Shown: positions 1-13,967, numbered from the stretch's first letter. The stretch is DNA of 64,000 nt from Auanema rhodensis (GCA_964057225.1 OZ059899.1:9238001-9302000), one strand, 5' to 3'. The notes: generated by a model not told the origin, from the letters alone. Made by a program: numbers and translations.

Positions 1-254
1 CTATTAGTTTGAAATTTTATGTCTTACAGTTCTCCAACAGAACAGACTGATCCTGATTTTTCTACGATTACATAAAACTCTCGTTTGATATAAAAAAAGG
101 AGAGGAATAACGTTTCCAGGATGTCAAGGATATCGAATCTAGTGATATTGTAGAAAAATGTAATGTCAGCTCCATAGGTTTTCTCCTAATTTCTCTCATC
201 ACAATTGTCTTAGTTTTTTTCCTCATAAGAGTTTCTGAAATCTTAGTTGAACAA

Positions 255-327
255 GGCCGCGTGGCGCAATGGATAACGCGTCTGCCTACGGAGCAGAAGA
301 TTGTAGGTTCGAATCCTGCCGTGGTCG
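255..327 (+). tRNA. tRNA-Arg(ACG)
   Basis: Cloverleaf: acceptor GGCCGCG/CGTGGTC, anticodon stem TCTGC/GCAGA with loop CT-ACG-GA, T arm GTAGG-TTCGAAT-CCTGC, A and B boxes; nematode-type Arg(ACG) sequence. Confidence 0.97.
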
Positions 328-331
328 TAAA

Positions 332-339
332 TTTTTTTT
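332..339 (+). terminator. Pol III oligo-T terminator (representative; a T run follows every tRNA copy)
   Basis: T8 starting 5 nt after tRNA 3' end. Confidence 0.85.
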
Positions 340-1633
340 ATTTCACTTGTCATTCATAAAAATCGAATTTATTTTTTTCAATGATTTTTTTTGCAATGTT
401 TCATAAGAATTACACAGTTGAACAAAACGTTTTTTAAGAATTTTCTTTGTTGTCAACATATATATTTTCCTGGAATTCGAAAGCATTTGGGATGGAAATT
501 AGAAAGAAAAGAACTAGTTTTTCCTACTTTAAAACAAACAATAAGAAATAAAATGAAAAAGATTGTTAGATATCCAATTTAAACTTATACATTTACTTCG
601 ATAAAGAGCCTATTAGATTGAAATTTTATGTCTTACAGTTCTCCAACAGAACAGACTGATCCTGATTTCTCTATGATTACATAAAACAATATCGAATCTA
701 GTGATATTGTAGAGAAATGTAATGTCAGCTTCATAGCTTTTCTCTTGATTTCTCTCATCACAATTGTCTTAGTTTTTTTCTCATAAGAGTTTCTGAAATC
801 TCAGTTAAACAAGGCCGTATATAATTTCCTGGAATTCGAAAGCATTTGGGATGGAATTTAGAAAAAAAAGAACTAGTTTTTCCTACTTTAAAACAAACAA
901 TAAGAAATAAAATGAAAAAGATTGTTAGATATCCAATTTAAACTTATACATTTACTTCGATAAAGAGCCTATTAGATTGAAATTTTATGTCTTACAGTTC
1001 TCCAACAGAACAGACTGATCTTGATTTTTGTACGATTACATAAAACTCTCGTTTGATATAAAAAAAGGAGAGGAATAACGTTTCCAGGATGTCAAGGATA
1101 TCGAATCTAGTGATATTGTAGAAAAATGTAATGTCAGCTCCATAGGTTTTCTCCTAACTTCTCTCATCACAATTGTTTTAGTTTTTTTTCTCATAAGAGT
1201 TTCTGAAATCTTAGGCGAACAAGGCCGTATATAATTTCCTGGAATTCGAAAGCATTTGGGATGGAATTTAGAAAAAAAAGAACTAGTTTTTCCTACTTTA
1301 AAACAAACAATAAGAAATAAAATGAAAAAGATTGTTAGATATCCAATTTAAACTTATACATTTACTTCGATAAAGAGCCTATTAGTTTGAAATTTTATGT
1401 CTTACAGTTCTCCAACAGAACAGACTGATCCTGATTTTTCTACGATTACATAAAACTCTCGTTTGATATAAAAAAAGGAGAGGAATAACGTTTCCAGGAT
1501 GTCAAGGATATCGAATCTAGTGATATTGTAGAAAAATGTAATGTCAGCTCCATAGGTTTTCTCCTAATTTCTCTCATCACAATTGTCTTAGTTTTTTTTT
1601 CTCATAAGAGTTTCTGAAATCTTAGTTGAACAA

Positions 1634-1706
1634 GGCCGCGTGGCGCAATGGATAACGCGTCTGCCTACGGAGCAGAAGATTGTAGGTTCGAATCCTGCCG
1701 TGGTCG
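1634..1706 (+). tRNA. tRNA-Arg(ACG)
   Basis: Consensus copy. Confidence 0.95.
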
Positions 1707-3422
1707 TAAATTTTTTTTATTTCACTTGTCATTCATAAAAATCGAATTTATTTTTTTCAATGATTTTTTTTTGCAATGTTTCATAAGAATTACACAGTTG
1801 AACAAAACGTTTTTTAAGAATTTTCTTTGTTGTCAACATATATATTTTCCTGGAATTCGAAAGCATTTGGGATGGAATTTAGAAAAAAAAGAACTAGTTT
1901 TTCCTACTTTAAAACAAACAATAAGAAATAAAATGAAAAAGATTGTTAGATATCCAATTTAAACTTATACATTTACTTCGATAAAGAGCCTATTAGTTTG
2001 AAATTTTATGTCTTACAGTTCTCCAACAGAACAGACTGATCCTGATTTTTCTACGATTACATAAAACTCTCGTTTGATATAAAAAAAGGAGAGGAATAAC
2101 GTTTCCAGGATGTCAAGGATATCGAATCTAGTGATATTGTAGAGAAATGTAATGTCAGCTTCATAGCTTTTCTCTTGATTTCTCTCATCACAATTGTCTT
2201 AGTTTTTTTCTCATAAGAGTTTCTGAAATCTCAGTTAAACAAGGCCGTATATAATTTCCTGGAATTCGAAAGCATTTGGGATGGAATTTAGAAAAAAAAG
2301 AACTAGTTTTTCATACTTTAAAACAAACAATAAGAAATAAAATGAAAAAGATTGTTAGATATCCAATTTAAACTTATACATTTACTTCGATAAAGAGCCT
2401 ATTAGATTGAAATTTTATGTCTTACAGTTCTCCAACAGAACAGACTGATCCTGATTTCTCTATGATTACATAAAACGATATCGAATCTAGTGATATTGTA
2501 GAGAAATGTAATGTCAGCTTCATAGTTTTTCTCTTGATTTCTCTCATCAGAATTGTCTTAGTTTTTTTCTCCTAAGAGTTTCTGAAATCTCAGTTAAACA
2601 AGGCCGTATATAATTTCCTGGAATTCGAAAGCATTTGGGATGGAATTTAGAAAAAAAAGAACTAGTTTTTCCTACTTTAAAACAAACAATAAGAAATAAA
2701 ATGAAAAAGATTGTTAGATATCCAATTTAAACTTATACATTTACTTCGATAAAGAGCCTATTAGATTGATATTTTATGTCTTACAGTTCTCCAACAGAAC
2801 AGACTGATCCTGATTTTTCTACGATTACATAAAACTCTCGTTTGATATAAAAAAAGGAGAGGAATAACGTTTCCAGGATGTCAAGGATATCGAATCTAGT
2901 GATATTGTAGAAAAATGTAATGTCAGCTCCATAGGTTTTCTCCTAACTTCTCTCATCACAATTGTTTTAGTTTTTTTTCTCATAAGAGTTTCTGAAATCT
3001 TAGGCGAACAAGGCCGTATATAATTTCCTGAAATTCGAAAGCATTTGGGATGGAATTTAGAAAAAAAAGAACTAGTTTTTCCTACTTTAAAACAAACAAT
3101 AAGAAATAAAATGAAAAAGATTGTTAGATATCCAATTTAAACTTATACATTTACTTCGATAAAGAGCCTATTAGTTTGAAATTTTATGTCTTACAGTTCT
3201 CCAACAGAACAGACTGATCCTGATTTTTCTACGATTACATAAAACTCTCGTTTGATATAAAAAAAGGAGAGGAATAACGTTTCCAGGATGTCAAGGATAT
3301 CGAATCTAGTGATATTGTAGAAAAATGTAATGTCAGCTCCATAGGTTTTCTCCTAATTTCTCTCATCACAATTGTCTTAGTTTTTTTTTCTCATAAGAGT
3401 TTCTGAAATCTTAGTTGAACAA

Positions 3423-3495
3423 GGCCGCGTGGCGCAATGGATAACGCGTCTGCCTACGGAGCAGAAGATTGTAGGTTCGAATCCTGCCGTGGTCG
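3423..3495 (+). tRNA. tRNA-Arg(ACG)
   Basis: Consensus copy. Confidence 0.95.
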
Positions 3496-4802
3496 TAAAT
3501 TTTTTTTATTTCACTTGTCATTCATAAAAATCGAATTTATTTTTTTCAATGATTTTTTTTGCAATGTTTCATAAGAATTACACAGTTGAACAAAACGTTT
3601 TTTAAGAATTTTCTTTGTTGTCAACATATATATTTTCCTGGAATTCGAAAGCATTTGGGATGGAAATTAGAAAGAAAAGAACTAGTTTTTCCTACTTTAA
3701 AACAAACAATAAGAAATAAAATGAAAAAGATTGTTAGATATCCAATTTAAACTTATACATTTACTTCGATAAAGAGCCTATTAGATTGAAATTTTATGTC
3801 TTACAGTTCTCCAACAGAACAGACTGATCCTGATTTCTCTATGATTACATAAAACAATATCGAATCTAGTGATATTGTAGAGAAATGTAATGTCAGCTTC
3901 ATAGCTTTTCTCTTGATTTCTCTCATCACAATTGTCTTAGTTTTTTTCTCATAAGAGTTTCTGAAATCTCAGTTAAACAAGGCCGTATATAATTTCCTGG
4001 AATTCGAAAGCATTTGGGATGGAATTTAGAAAAAAAAGAACTAGTTTTTCCTACTTTAAAACAAACAATAAGAAATAAAATGAAAAAGATTGTTAGATAT
4101 CCAATTTAAACTTATACATTTACTTCGATAAAGAGCCTATTAGATTGAAATTTTATGTCTTACAGTTCTCCAACAGAACAGACTGATCCTGATTTTTCTA
4201 CGATTACATAAAACTCTCGTTTGATATAAAAAAAGGAGAGGAATAACGTTTCCAGGATGTCAAGGATATCGAATCTAGTGATATTGTAGAAAAATGTAAT
4301 GTCAGCTCCATAGGTTTTCTCCTAACTTCTCTCATCACAATTGTTTTAGTTTTTTTTTCTCATAAGAGTTTCTGAAATCTTAGGCGAACAAGGCCGTATA
4401 TAATTTCCTGGAATTCGAAAGCATTTGGGATGGAATTTAGAAAAAAAAGAACTAGTTTTTCCTACTTTAAAACAAACAATAAGAAATAAAATGAAAAAGA
4501 TTGTTAGATATCCAATTTAAACTTATACATTTACTTCGATAAAGAGCCTATTAGTTTGAAATTTTATGTCTTACAGTTCTCCAACAGAACAGACTGATCC
4601 TGATTTTTCTACGATTACATAAAACTCTCGTTTGATATAAAAAAAGGAGAGGAATAACGTTTCCAGGATGTCAAGGATATCGAATCTAGTGATATTGTAG
4701 AAAAATGTAATGTCAGCTCCATAGGTTTTCTCCTAATTTCTCTCATCACAATTGTCTTAGTTTTTTTTTCTCATAAGAGTTTCTGAAATCTTAGTTGAAC
4801 AA

Positions 4803-4875
4803 GGCCGCGTGGCGCAATGGATAACGCGTCTGCCTACGGAGCAGAAGATTGTAGGTTCGAATCCTGCCGTGGTCG
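4803..4875 (+). tRNA. tRNA-Arg(ACG)
   Basis: Consensus copy. Confidence 0.95.
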
Positions 4876-6131
4876 TAAATTTTTTTTATTTCACTTGTCA
4901 TTCATAAAAATCGAATTTATTTTTTTCAATGATTTTTTTTTGCAATGTTTCATAAGAATTACACAGTTGAACAAAACGTTTTTTAAGAATTTTCTTTGTT
5001 GTCAACATATATATTTTCCTGGAATTCGAAAGCATTTGGGATGGAAATTAGAAAGAAAAGAACTAGTTTTTCCTACTTTAAAACAAACAATAAGAAATAA
5101 AATGAAAAAGATTGTTAGATATCCAATTTAAACTTATACATTTACTTCGATAAAGAGCCTATTAGATTGAAATTTTATGTCTTACAGTTCTCCAACAGAA
5201 CAGACTGATCCTGATTTCTCTATGATTACATAAAACAATATCGAATCTAGTGATATTGTAGAGAAATGTAATGTCAGCTTCATAGCTTTTCTCTTGATTT
5301 CTCTCATCACAATTGTCTTAGTTTTTTTCTCATAAGAGTTTCTGAAATCTCAGTTAAACAAGGCCGTATATAATTTCCTGGAATTCGAAAGCATTTGGGA
5401 TGGAATTTAGAAAAAAAAGAACTAGTTTTTCATACTTTAAAACAAACAATAAGAAATAAAATGAAAAAGATTGTTAGATATCCAATTTAAACTTATACAT
5501 TTACTTCGATAAAGAGCCTATTAGATTGAAATTTTATGTCTTACAGTTCTCCAACAGAACAGACTGATCCTGATTTCTCTATGATTACATAAAACGATAT
5601 CGAATCTAGTGATATTGTAGAGAAATGTAATGTCAGCTTCATAGTTTTTCTCTTGATTTCTCTCATCAGAATTGTCTTAGTTTTTTTCTCATAAGAGTTT
5701 CTGAAATCTCAGTTAAACAAGGCCGTATATAATTTCCTGGAATTCGAAAGCATTTGGGATGGAATTTAGAAAAAAAAGAACTAGTTTTTCCTACTTTAAA
5801 ACAAACAATAAGAAATAAAATGAAAAAGATTGTTAGATATCCAATTTAAACTTATACATTTACTTCGATAAAGAGCCTATTAGATTGAAATTTTATGTCT
5901 TACAGTTCTCCAACAGAACAGACTGATCCTGATTTTTCTACGATTACATAAAACTCTCGTTTGATATAAAAAAAGGAGAGGAATAACGTTTCCAGGATGT
6001 CAAGGATATCGAATCTAGTGATATTGTAGAAAAATGTAATGTCAGCTCCATAGGTTTTCTCCTAATTTCTCTCATCACAATTGTCTTAGTTTTTTTTTCT
6101 CATAAGAGTTTCTGAAATCTTAGTTGAACAA

Positions 6132-6204
6132 GGCCGCGTGGCGCAATGGATAACGCGTCTGCCTACGGAGCAGAAGATTGTAGGTTCGAATCCTGCCGTG
6201 GTCG
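6132..6204 (+). tRNA. tRNA-Arg(ACG)
   Basis: Consensus copy. Confidence 0.95.
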
Positions 6205-7101
6205 TAAATTTTTTTTATTTCACTTGTCATTCATAAAAATCGAATTTATTTTTTTCAATGATTTTTTTTTGCAATGTTTCATAAGAATTACACAGTTGAA
6301 CAAAACGTTTTTTAAGAATTTTCTTTGTTGTCAACATATATATTTTCCTGGAATTCGAAAGCATTTGGGATGGAAATTAGAAAGAAAAGAACTAGTTTTT
6401 CCTACTTTAAAACAAACAATAAGAAATAAAATGAAAAAGATTGTTAGATATCCAATTTAAACTTATACATTTACTTCGATAAAGAGCCTATTAGATTGAA
6501 ATTTTATGTCTTACAGTTCTCCAACAGAACAGACTGATCCTGATTTCTCTATGATTACATAAAACAATATCGAATCTAGTGATATTGTAGAGAAATGTAA
6601 TGTCAGCTTCATAGCTTTTCTCTTGATTTCTCTCATCACAATTGTCTTAGTTTTTTTCTCATAAGAGTTTCTGAAATCTCAGTTAAATAAGGCCGTATAT
6701 AATTTCCTGGAATTCGAAAGCATTTGGGATGGAATTTAGAAAAAAAAGAACTAGTTTTTCCTACTTTAAAACAAACAATAAGAAATAAAATGAAAAAGAT
6801 TGTTAGATATCCAATTTAAACTTATACATTTACTTCGATAAAGAGCCTATTAGTTTGAAATTTTATGTCTTACAGTTCTTCAACAGAACAGACTGATCCT
6901 GATTTTTCTACGATTACATAAAACTCTCGTTTGATATAAAAAAAGGAGAGGAATAACGTTTCCAGGATGTCAAGGATATCGAATCTAGTGATATTGTAGA
7001 AAAATGTAATGTCAGCTCCATAGGTTTTCTCCTAATTTCTCTCATCACAATTGTCTTAGTTTTTTTTTCTCATAAGAGTTTCTGAAATCTTAGTTGAACA
7101 A

Positions 7102-7174
7102 GGCCGCGTGGCGCAATGGATAACGCGTCTGCCTACGGAGCAGAAGATTGTAGGTTCGAATCCTGCCGTGGTCG
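7102..7174 (+). tRNA. tRNA-Arg(ACG)
   Basis: Consensus copy. Confidence 0.95.
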
Positions 7175-8072
7175 TAAATTTTTTTTATTTCACTTGTCAT
7201 TCATAAAAATCGAATTTATTTTTTTCAATGATTTTTTTTTTCAATGTGTCATGAGAATTACACAGTTGAACAAAACGTTTTTTAAGAATTTTCTTTGTTG
7301 TCAACATATATATTTTCCTGGAATTCGAAAGCATTTGGGATGGAAATTAGAAAGAAAAGAACTAGTTTTTCCTACTTTAAAACAAACAATAAGAAATAAA
7401 ATGAAAAAGATTGTTAGATATCCAATTTAAACTTATACATTTACTTCGATAAAGAGCCTATTAGATTGAAATTTTATGTCTTACAGTTCTCCAACAGAAC
7501 AGACTGATCCTGATTTCTCTATGATTACATAAAACGATATCGAATCTAGTGATATTGTAGAGAAATGTAATGTCAGCTTCATAGCTTTTCTCTTGATTTC
7601 TCTCATCACAATTGTCTTAGTTTTTTTCTCATAAGAGTTTCTGAAATCTCAGTTAAACAAGGCCGTATAAAATTTCCTGTAATTCGAAAGCATTTGGGAT
7701 GGAATTTAGAAAGAAAAGAACTAGTTTTTCCTACTTTAAAACAAACAATAAGAAATAAAATGAAAAAGATTGTTAGATATCCAATTTAAACTTATACATT
7801 TACTTCGATAAAGAGCCTATTAGTTTGAAATTTTATGTCTTACAGTTCTCCAACAGAACAGACTGATCCTGATTTTTCTACGATTACATAAAACTCTCGT
7901 TTGATATAAAAAAAAGGAGAGGAATAACGTTTCCAGGATGTCAAGGATATCGAATCTAGTGATATTGTAGAAAAATGTAATGTCAGCTCCATAGGTTTTC
8001 TCCTAATTTCTCTCATCACAATTGTCTTAGTTTTTTTTTCTCATAAGAGTTTCTGAAATCTTAGTTGAACAA

Positions 8073-8145
8073 GGCCGCGTGGCGCAATGGATAACGCGTC
8101 TGCCTACGGAGCAGAAGATTGTAGGTTCGAATCCTGCCGTGGTCG
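8073..8145 (+). tRNA. tRNA-Arg(ACG)
   Basis: Consensus copy. Confidence 0.95.
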
Positions 8146-9043
8146 TAAATTTTTTTTATTTCACTTGTCATTCATAAAAATCGAATTTATTTTTTTCAAT
8201 GATTTTTTTTTTGCAATGTTTCATAAGAATTACACAGTTGAACAAAACGTTTTTTAAGAATTTTCTTTGTTGTCAACATATATATTTTCCTGGAATTCGA
8301 AAGCATTTGGGATGGAAATTAGAAAGAAAAGAACTAGTTTTTTCTACTTTAAAACAAACAATAAGAAATAAAATGAAAAAGATTGTTAGATATCCAATTT
8401 AAACTTATACATTTACTTCGATAAAGAGCCTATTAGATTGAAATTTTATGTCTTACAGTTCTCCAACAGAACAGACTGATCCTGATTTCTCTATGATTAC
8501 ATAAAACAATATCGAATCTAGTGATATTGTAGAAAAATGTAATGTCAGCTTCATAGCTTTTCTCTTGATTTCTCTCATCACAATTGTCTTAGTTTTTTTC
8601 TCATAAGAGTTTCTGAAATCTCAGTTAAACAAGGCCGTATATAATTTCCTGGAATTCGAAAGCATTTGGGATGGAATTTAGAAAAAAAAGAACTAGTTTT
8701 TCCTACTTTAAAACAAACAATAAGAAATAAAATGAAAAAGATTGTTAGATATCCAATTTAAACTTATACATTTACTTCGATAAAGAGCCTATTAGTTTGA
8801 AATTTTATGTCTTACAGTTCTTCAACAGAACAGACTGATCCTGATTTTTCTACGATTACATAAAACTCTCGTTTGATATAAAAAAAGGAGAGGAATAACG
8901 TTTCCAGGATGTCAAGGATATCGAATCTAGTGATATTGTAGAAAAATGTAATGTCAGCTCCATAGGTTTTCTCCTAATTTCTCTCATCACAATTGTCTTA
9001 GTTTTTTTTTCTCATAAGAGTTTCTGAAATCTTAGTTGAACAA

Positions 9044-9116
9044 GGCCGCGTGGCGCAATGGATAACGCGTCTGCCTACGGAGCAGAAGATTGTAGGTTCG
9101 AATCCTGCCGTGGTCG
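9044..9116 (+). tRNA. tRNA-Arg(ACG)
   Basis: Consensus copy. Confidence 0.95.
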
Positions 9117-10013
9117 TAAATTTTTTTTATTTCACTTGTCATTCATAAAAATCGAATTTATTTTTTTCAATGATTTTTTTTTTCAATGTGTCATGAGAAT
9201 TACACAGTTGAACAAAACGTTTTTTAAGAATTTTCTTTGTTGTCAACATATATATTTTCCTGGAATTCGAAAGCATTTGGGATGGAAATTAGAAAGAAAA
9301 GAACTAGTTTTTCCTACTTTAAAACAAACAATAAGAAATAAAATGAAAAAGATTGTTAGATATCCAATTTAAACTTATACATTTACTTCGATAAAGAGCC
9401 TATTAGATTGAAATTTTATGTCTTACAGTTCTCCAACAGAACAGACTGATCCTGATTTCTCTATGATTACATAAAACGATATCGAATCTAGTGATATTGT
9501 AGAGAAATGTAATGTCAGCTTCATAGCTTTTCTCTTGATTTCTCTCATCACAATTGTCTTAGTTTTTTTCTCATAAGAGTTTCTGAAATCTCAGTTAAAC
9601 AAGGCCGTATAAAATTTCCTGTAATTCGAAAGCATTTGGGATGGAATTTAGAAAGAAAAGAACTAGTTTTTCCTACTTTAAAACAAACAATAAGAAATAA
9701 AATGAAAAAGATTGTTAGATATCCAATTTAAACTTATACATTTACTTCGATAAAGAGCCTATTAGTTTGAAATTTTATGTCTTACAGTTCTCCAACAGAA
9801 CAGACTGATCCTGATTTTTCTACGATTACATAAAACTCTCGTTTGATATAAAAAAAGGAGAGGAATAACGTTTCCAGGATGTCAAGGATATCGAATCTAG
9901 TGATATTGTAGAAAAATGTAATGTCAGCTCCATAGGTTTTCTCCTAATTTCTCTCATCACAATTGTCTTAGTTTTTTTTTCTCATAAGAGTTTCTGAAAT
10001 CTTAGTTGAACAA

Positions 10014-10086
10014 GGCCGCGTGGCGCAATGGATAACGCGTCTGCCTACGGAGCAGAAGATTGTAGGTTCGAATCCTGCCGTGGTCG
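10014..10086 (+). tRNA. tRNA-Arg(ACG)
   Basis: Consensus copy. Confidence 0.95.
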
Positions 10087-10984
10087 TAAATTTTTTTTAT
10101 TTCACTTGTCATTCATAAAAATCGAATTTATTTTTTTCAATGATTTTTTTTTGCAATGTTTCATAAGAATTACACAGTTGAACAAAACGTTTTTTAAGAA
10201 TTTTCTTTGTTGTCAACATATATATTTTCCTGGAATTCGAAAGCATTTGGGATGGAAATTAGAAAGAAAAGAACTAGTTTTTCCTACTTTAAAACAAACA
10301 ATAAGAAATAAAATGAAAAAGATTGTTAGATATCCAATTTAAACTTATACATTTACTTCGATAAAGAGCCTATTAGATTGAAATTTTATGTCTTACAGTT
10401 CTCCAACAGAACAGACTGATCCTGATTTCTCTATGATTACATAAAACAATATCGAATCTAGTGATATTGTAGAGAAATGTAATGTCAGCTTCATAGCTTT
10501 TCTCTTGATTTCTCTCATCACAATTGTCTTAGTTTTTTTCTCATAAGAGTTTCTGAAATCTCAGTTAAACAAGGCCGTATATAATTTCCTGGAATTCGAA
10601 AGCATTTGGGATGGAATTTAGAAAAAAAAAGAACTAGTTTTTCCTACTCTAAAACAAACAATAAGAAATAAAATGAAAAAGATTGTTAGATATCCAATTT
10701 AAACTTATACATTTACTTCGATAAAGAGCCTATTAGTTTGAAATTTTATGTCTTACAGTTCTTCAACAGAACAGACTGATCCTGATTTTTCTACGATTAC
10801 ATAAAACTCTCGTTTGATATAAAAAAAGGAGAGGAATAACGTTTCCAGGATGTCAAGGATATCGAATCTAGTGATATTGTAGAAAAATGTAATGTCAGCT
10901 CCATAGGTTTTCTCCTAATTTCTCTCATCACAATTGTCTTAGTTTTTTTTTCTCATAAGAGTTTCTGAAATCTTAGTTGAACAA

Positions 10985-11057
10985 GGCCGCGTGGCGCAAT
11001 GGATAACGCGTCTGCCTACGGAGCAGAAGATTGTAGGTTCGAATCCTGCCGTGGTCG
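10985..11057 (+). tRNA. tRNA-Arg(ACG)
   Basis: Consensus copy. Confidence 0.95.
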
Positions 11058-11953
11058 TAAATTTTTTTTATTTCACTTGTCATTCATAAAAATCGAATTT
11101 ATTTTTTTCAATGATTTTTTTTTTCAATGTGTCATGAGAATTACACAGTTGAACAAAACGTTTTTTAAGAATTTTCTTTGTTGTCAACATATATATTTTC
11201 CTGGAATTCGAAAGCATTTGGGATGGAAATTAGAAAGAAAAGAACTAGTTTTTCCTACTTTAAAACAAACAATAAGAAATAAAATGAAAAAGATTGTTAG
11301 ATATCCAATTTAAACTTATACATTTACTTCGATAAAGAGCCTATTAGATTGAAATTTTATGTCTTACAGTTCTCCAACAGAACAGACTGATCCTGATTTC
11401 TCTATGATTACATAAAACGATATCGAATCTAGTGATATTGTAGAGAAATGTAATGTCAGCTTCATAGCTTTTCTCTTGATTTCTCTCATCACAATTGTCT
11501 TAGTTTTTTTCTCATAAGAGTTTCTGAAATCTCAGTTAAACAAGGCCGTATAAAATTTCCTGTAATTCGAAAGCATTTGGGATGGAATTTAGAAAGAAAA
11601 GAACTAGTTTTTCCTACTTTAAAACAAACAATAAGAAATAAAATGAAAAAGATTGTTAGATATCCAATTTAAACTTATACATTTACTTCGATAAAGAGCC
11701 TATTAGTTTGAAATTTTATGTCTTACAGTTCTCCAACAGAACAGACTGATCCTGATTTTTCTACGATTACATAAAACTCTCGTTTGATATAAAAAAAGGA
11801 GAGGAATAACGTTTCCAGGATGTCAAGGATATCGAATCTAGTGATATTGTAGAAAAATGTAATGTCAGCTCCATAGGTTTTCTCCTAATTTCTCTCATCA
11901 CAATTGTCTTAGTTTTTTTTCTCATAAGAGTTTCTGAAATCTTAGTTGAACAA

Positions 11954-12026
11954 GGCCGCGTGGCGCAATGGATAACGCGTCTGCCTACGGAGCAGAAGAT
12001 TGTAGGTTCGAATCCTGCCGTGGTCG
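11954..12026 (+). tRNA. tRNA-Arg(ACG)
   Basis: Consensus copy. Confidence 0.95.
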
Positions 12027-12924
12027 TAAATTTTTTTTATTTCACTTGTCATTCATAAAAATCGAATTTATTTTTTTCAATGATTTTTTTTTGCAATGTT
12101 TCATAAGAATTACACAGTTGAACAAAACGTTTTTTAAGAATTTTCTTTGTTGTCAACATATATATTTTCCTGGAATTCGAAAGCATTTGGGATGGAAATT
12201 AGAAAGAAAAGAACTAGTTTTTCCTACTTTAAAACAAACAATAAGAAATAAAATGAAAAAGATTGTTAGATATCCAATTTAAACTTATACATTTACTTCG
12301 ATAAAGAGCCTATTAGATTGAAATTTTATGTCTTACAGTTCTCCAACAGAACAGACTGATCCTGATTTCTCTATGATTACATAAAACAATATCGAATCTA
12401 GTGATATTGTAGAGAAATGTAATGTCAGCTTCATAGCTTTTCTCTTGATTTCTCTCATCACAATTGTCTTAGTTTTTTTCTCATAAGAGTTTCTGAAATC
12501 TCAGTTAAACAAGGCCGTATATAATTTCCTGGAATTCGAAAGCATTTGGGATGGAATTTAGAAAAAAAAAGAACTAGTTTTTCCTACTCTAAAACAAACA
12601 ATAAGAAATAAAATGAAAAAGATTGTTAGATATCCAATTTAAACTTATACATTTACTTCGATAAAGAGCCTATTAGTTTGAAATTTTATGTCTTACAGTT
12701 CTTCAACAGAACAGACTGATCCTGATTTTTCTACGATTACATAAAACTCTCGTTTGATATAAAAAAAGGAGAGGAATAACGTTTCCAGGATGTCAAGGAT
12801 ATCGAATCTAGTGATATTGTAGAAAAATGTAATGTCAGCTCCATAGGTTTTCTCCTAATTTCTCTCATCACAATTGTCTTAGTTTTTTTTTCTCATAAGA
12901 GTTTCTGAAATCTTAGTTGAACAA

Positions 12925-12997
12925 GGCCGCGTGGCGCAATGGATAACGCGTCTGCCTACGGAGCAGAAGATTGTAGGTTCGAATCCTGCCGTGGTCG
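12925..12997 (+). tRNA. tRNA-Arg(ACG)
   Basis: Consensus copy. Confidence 0.95.
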
Positions 12998-13894
12998 TAA
13001 ATTTTTTTTATTTCACTTGTCATTCATAAAAATCGAATTTATTTTTTTCAATGATTTTTTTTTTCAATGTGTCATGAGAATTACACAGTTGAACAAAACG
13101 TTTTTTAAGAATTTTCTTTGTTGTCAACATATATATTCTCCTGGAATTCGAAAGCATTTGGGATGGAAATTAGAAAGAAAAGAACTAGTTTTTCCTACTT
13201 TAAAACAAACAATAAGAAATAAAATGAAAAAGATTGTTAAATATCCAATTTAAACTTATACATTTACTTCGATAAAGAGCCTATTAGATTGAAATTTTAT
13301 GTCTTACAGTTCTCCAACAGAACAGACTGATCCTGATTTCTCTATGATTACATAAAACGATATCGAATCTAGTGATATTGTAGAGAAATGTAATGTCAGC
13401 TTCATAGCTTTTCTCTTGATTTCTCTCATCACAATTGTCTTAGTTTTTTTCTCATAAGAGTTTCTGAAATCTCAGTTAAACAAGGCCGTATAAAATTTCC
13501 TGTAATTCGAAAGCATTTGGGATGGAATTTAGAAAGAAAAGAACTAGTTTTTCCACCTTTAAAACAAACAATAAGAAATAAAATGAAAAAGATTGTTAGA
13601 TATCCAATTTAAACTTATACATTTACTTCGATAAAGAGCCTATTAGTTTGAAATTTTATGTCTTACAGTTCTCCAACAGAACAGACTGATCCTGATTTTT
13701 CTACGATTACATAAAACTCTCGTTTGATATAAAAAAAGGAGAGGAATAACGTTTCCAGGATGTCAAGGATATCGAATCTAGTGATATTGTAGAAAAATGT
13801 AATGTCAGCTCCATAGGTTTTCTCCTAATTTCTCTCATCACAATTGTCTTAGTTTTTTTTTCTCATAAGAGTTTCTGAAATCTTAGTTGAACAA

Positions 13895-13967
13895 GGCCGC
13901 GTGGCGCAATGGATAACGCGTCTGCCTACGGAGCAGAAGATTGTAGGTTCGAATCCTGCCGTGGTCG
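13895..13967 (+). tRNA. tRNA-Arg(ACG)
   Basis: Consensus copy. Confidence 0.95.

Noticed and set aside
255-600. tRNA-derived SINE
   Set aside because: Exact tRNA with immediate terminator, no tail or TSDs, tandem rather than dispersed
1648-1962. Repeated 104-aa/63-aa ORFs (MDNASAYGAEDCRFESCRGR...)
   Set aside because: The ATG lies in the tRNA D loop; the frame runs through tRNA, terminator and homopolymers, and is repeatedly broken by T-run slippage
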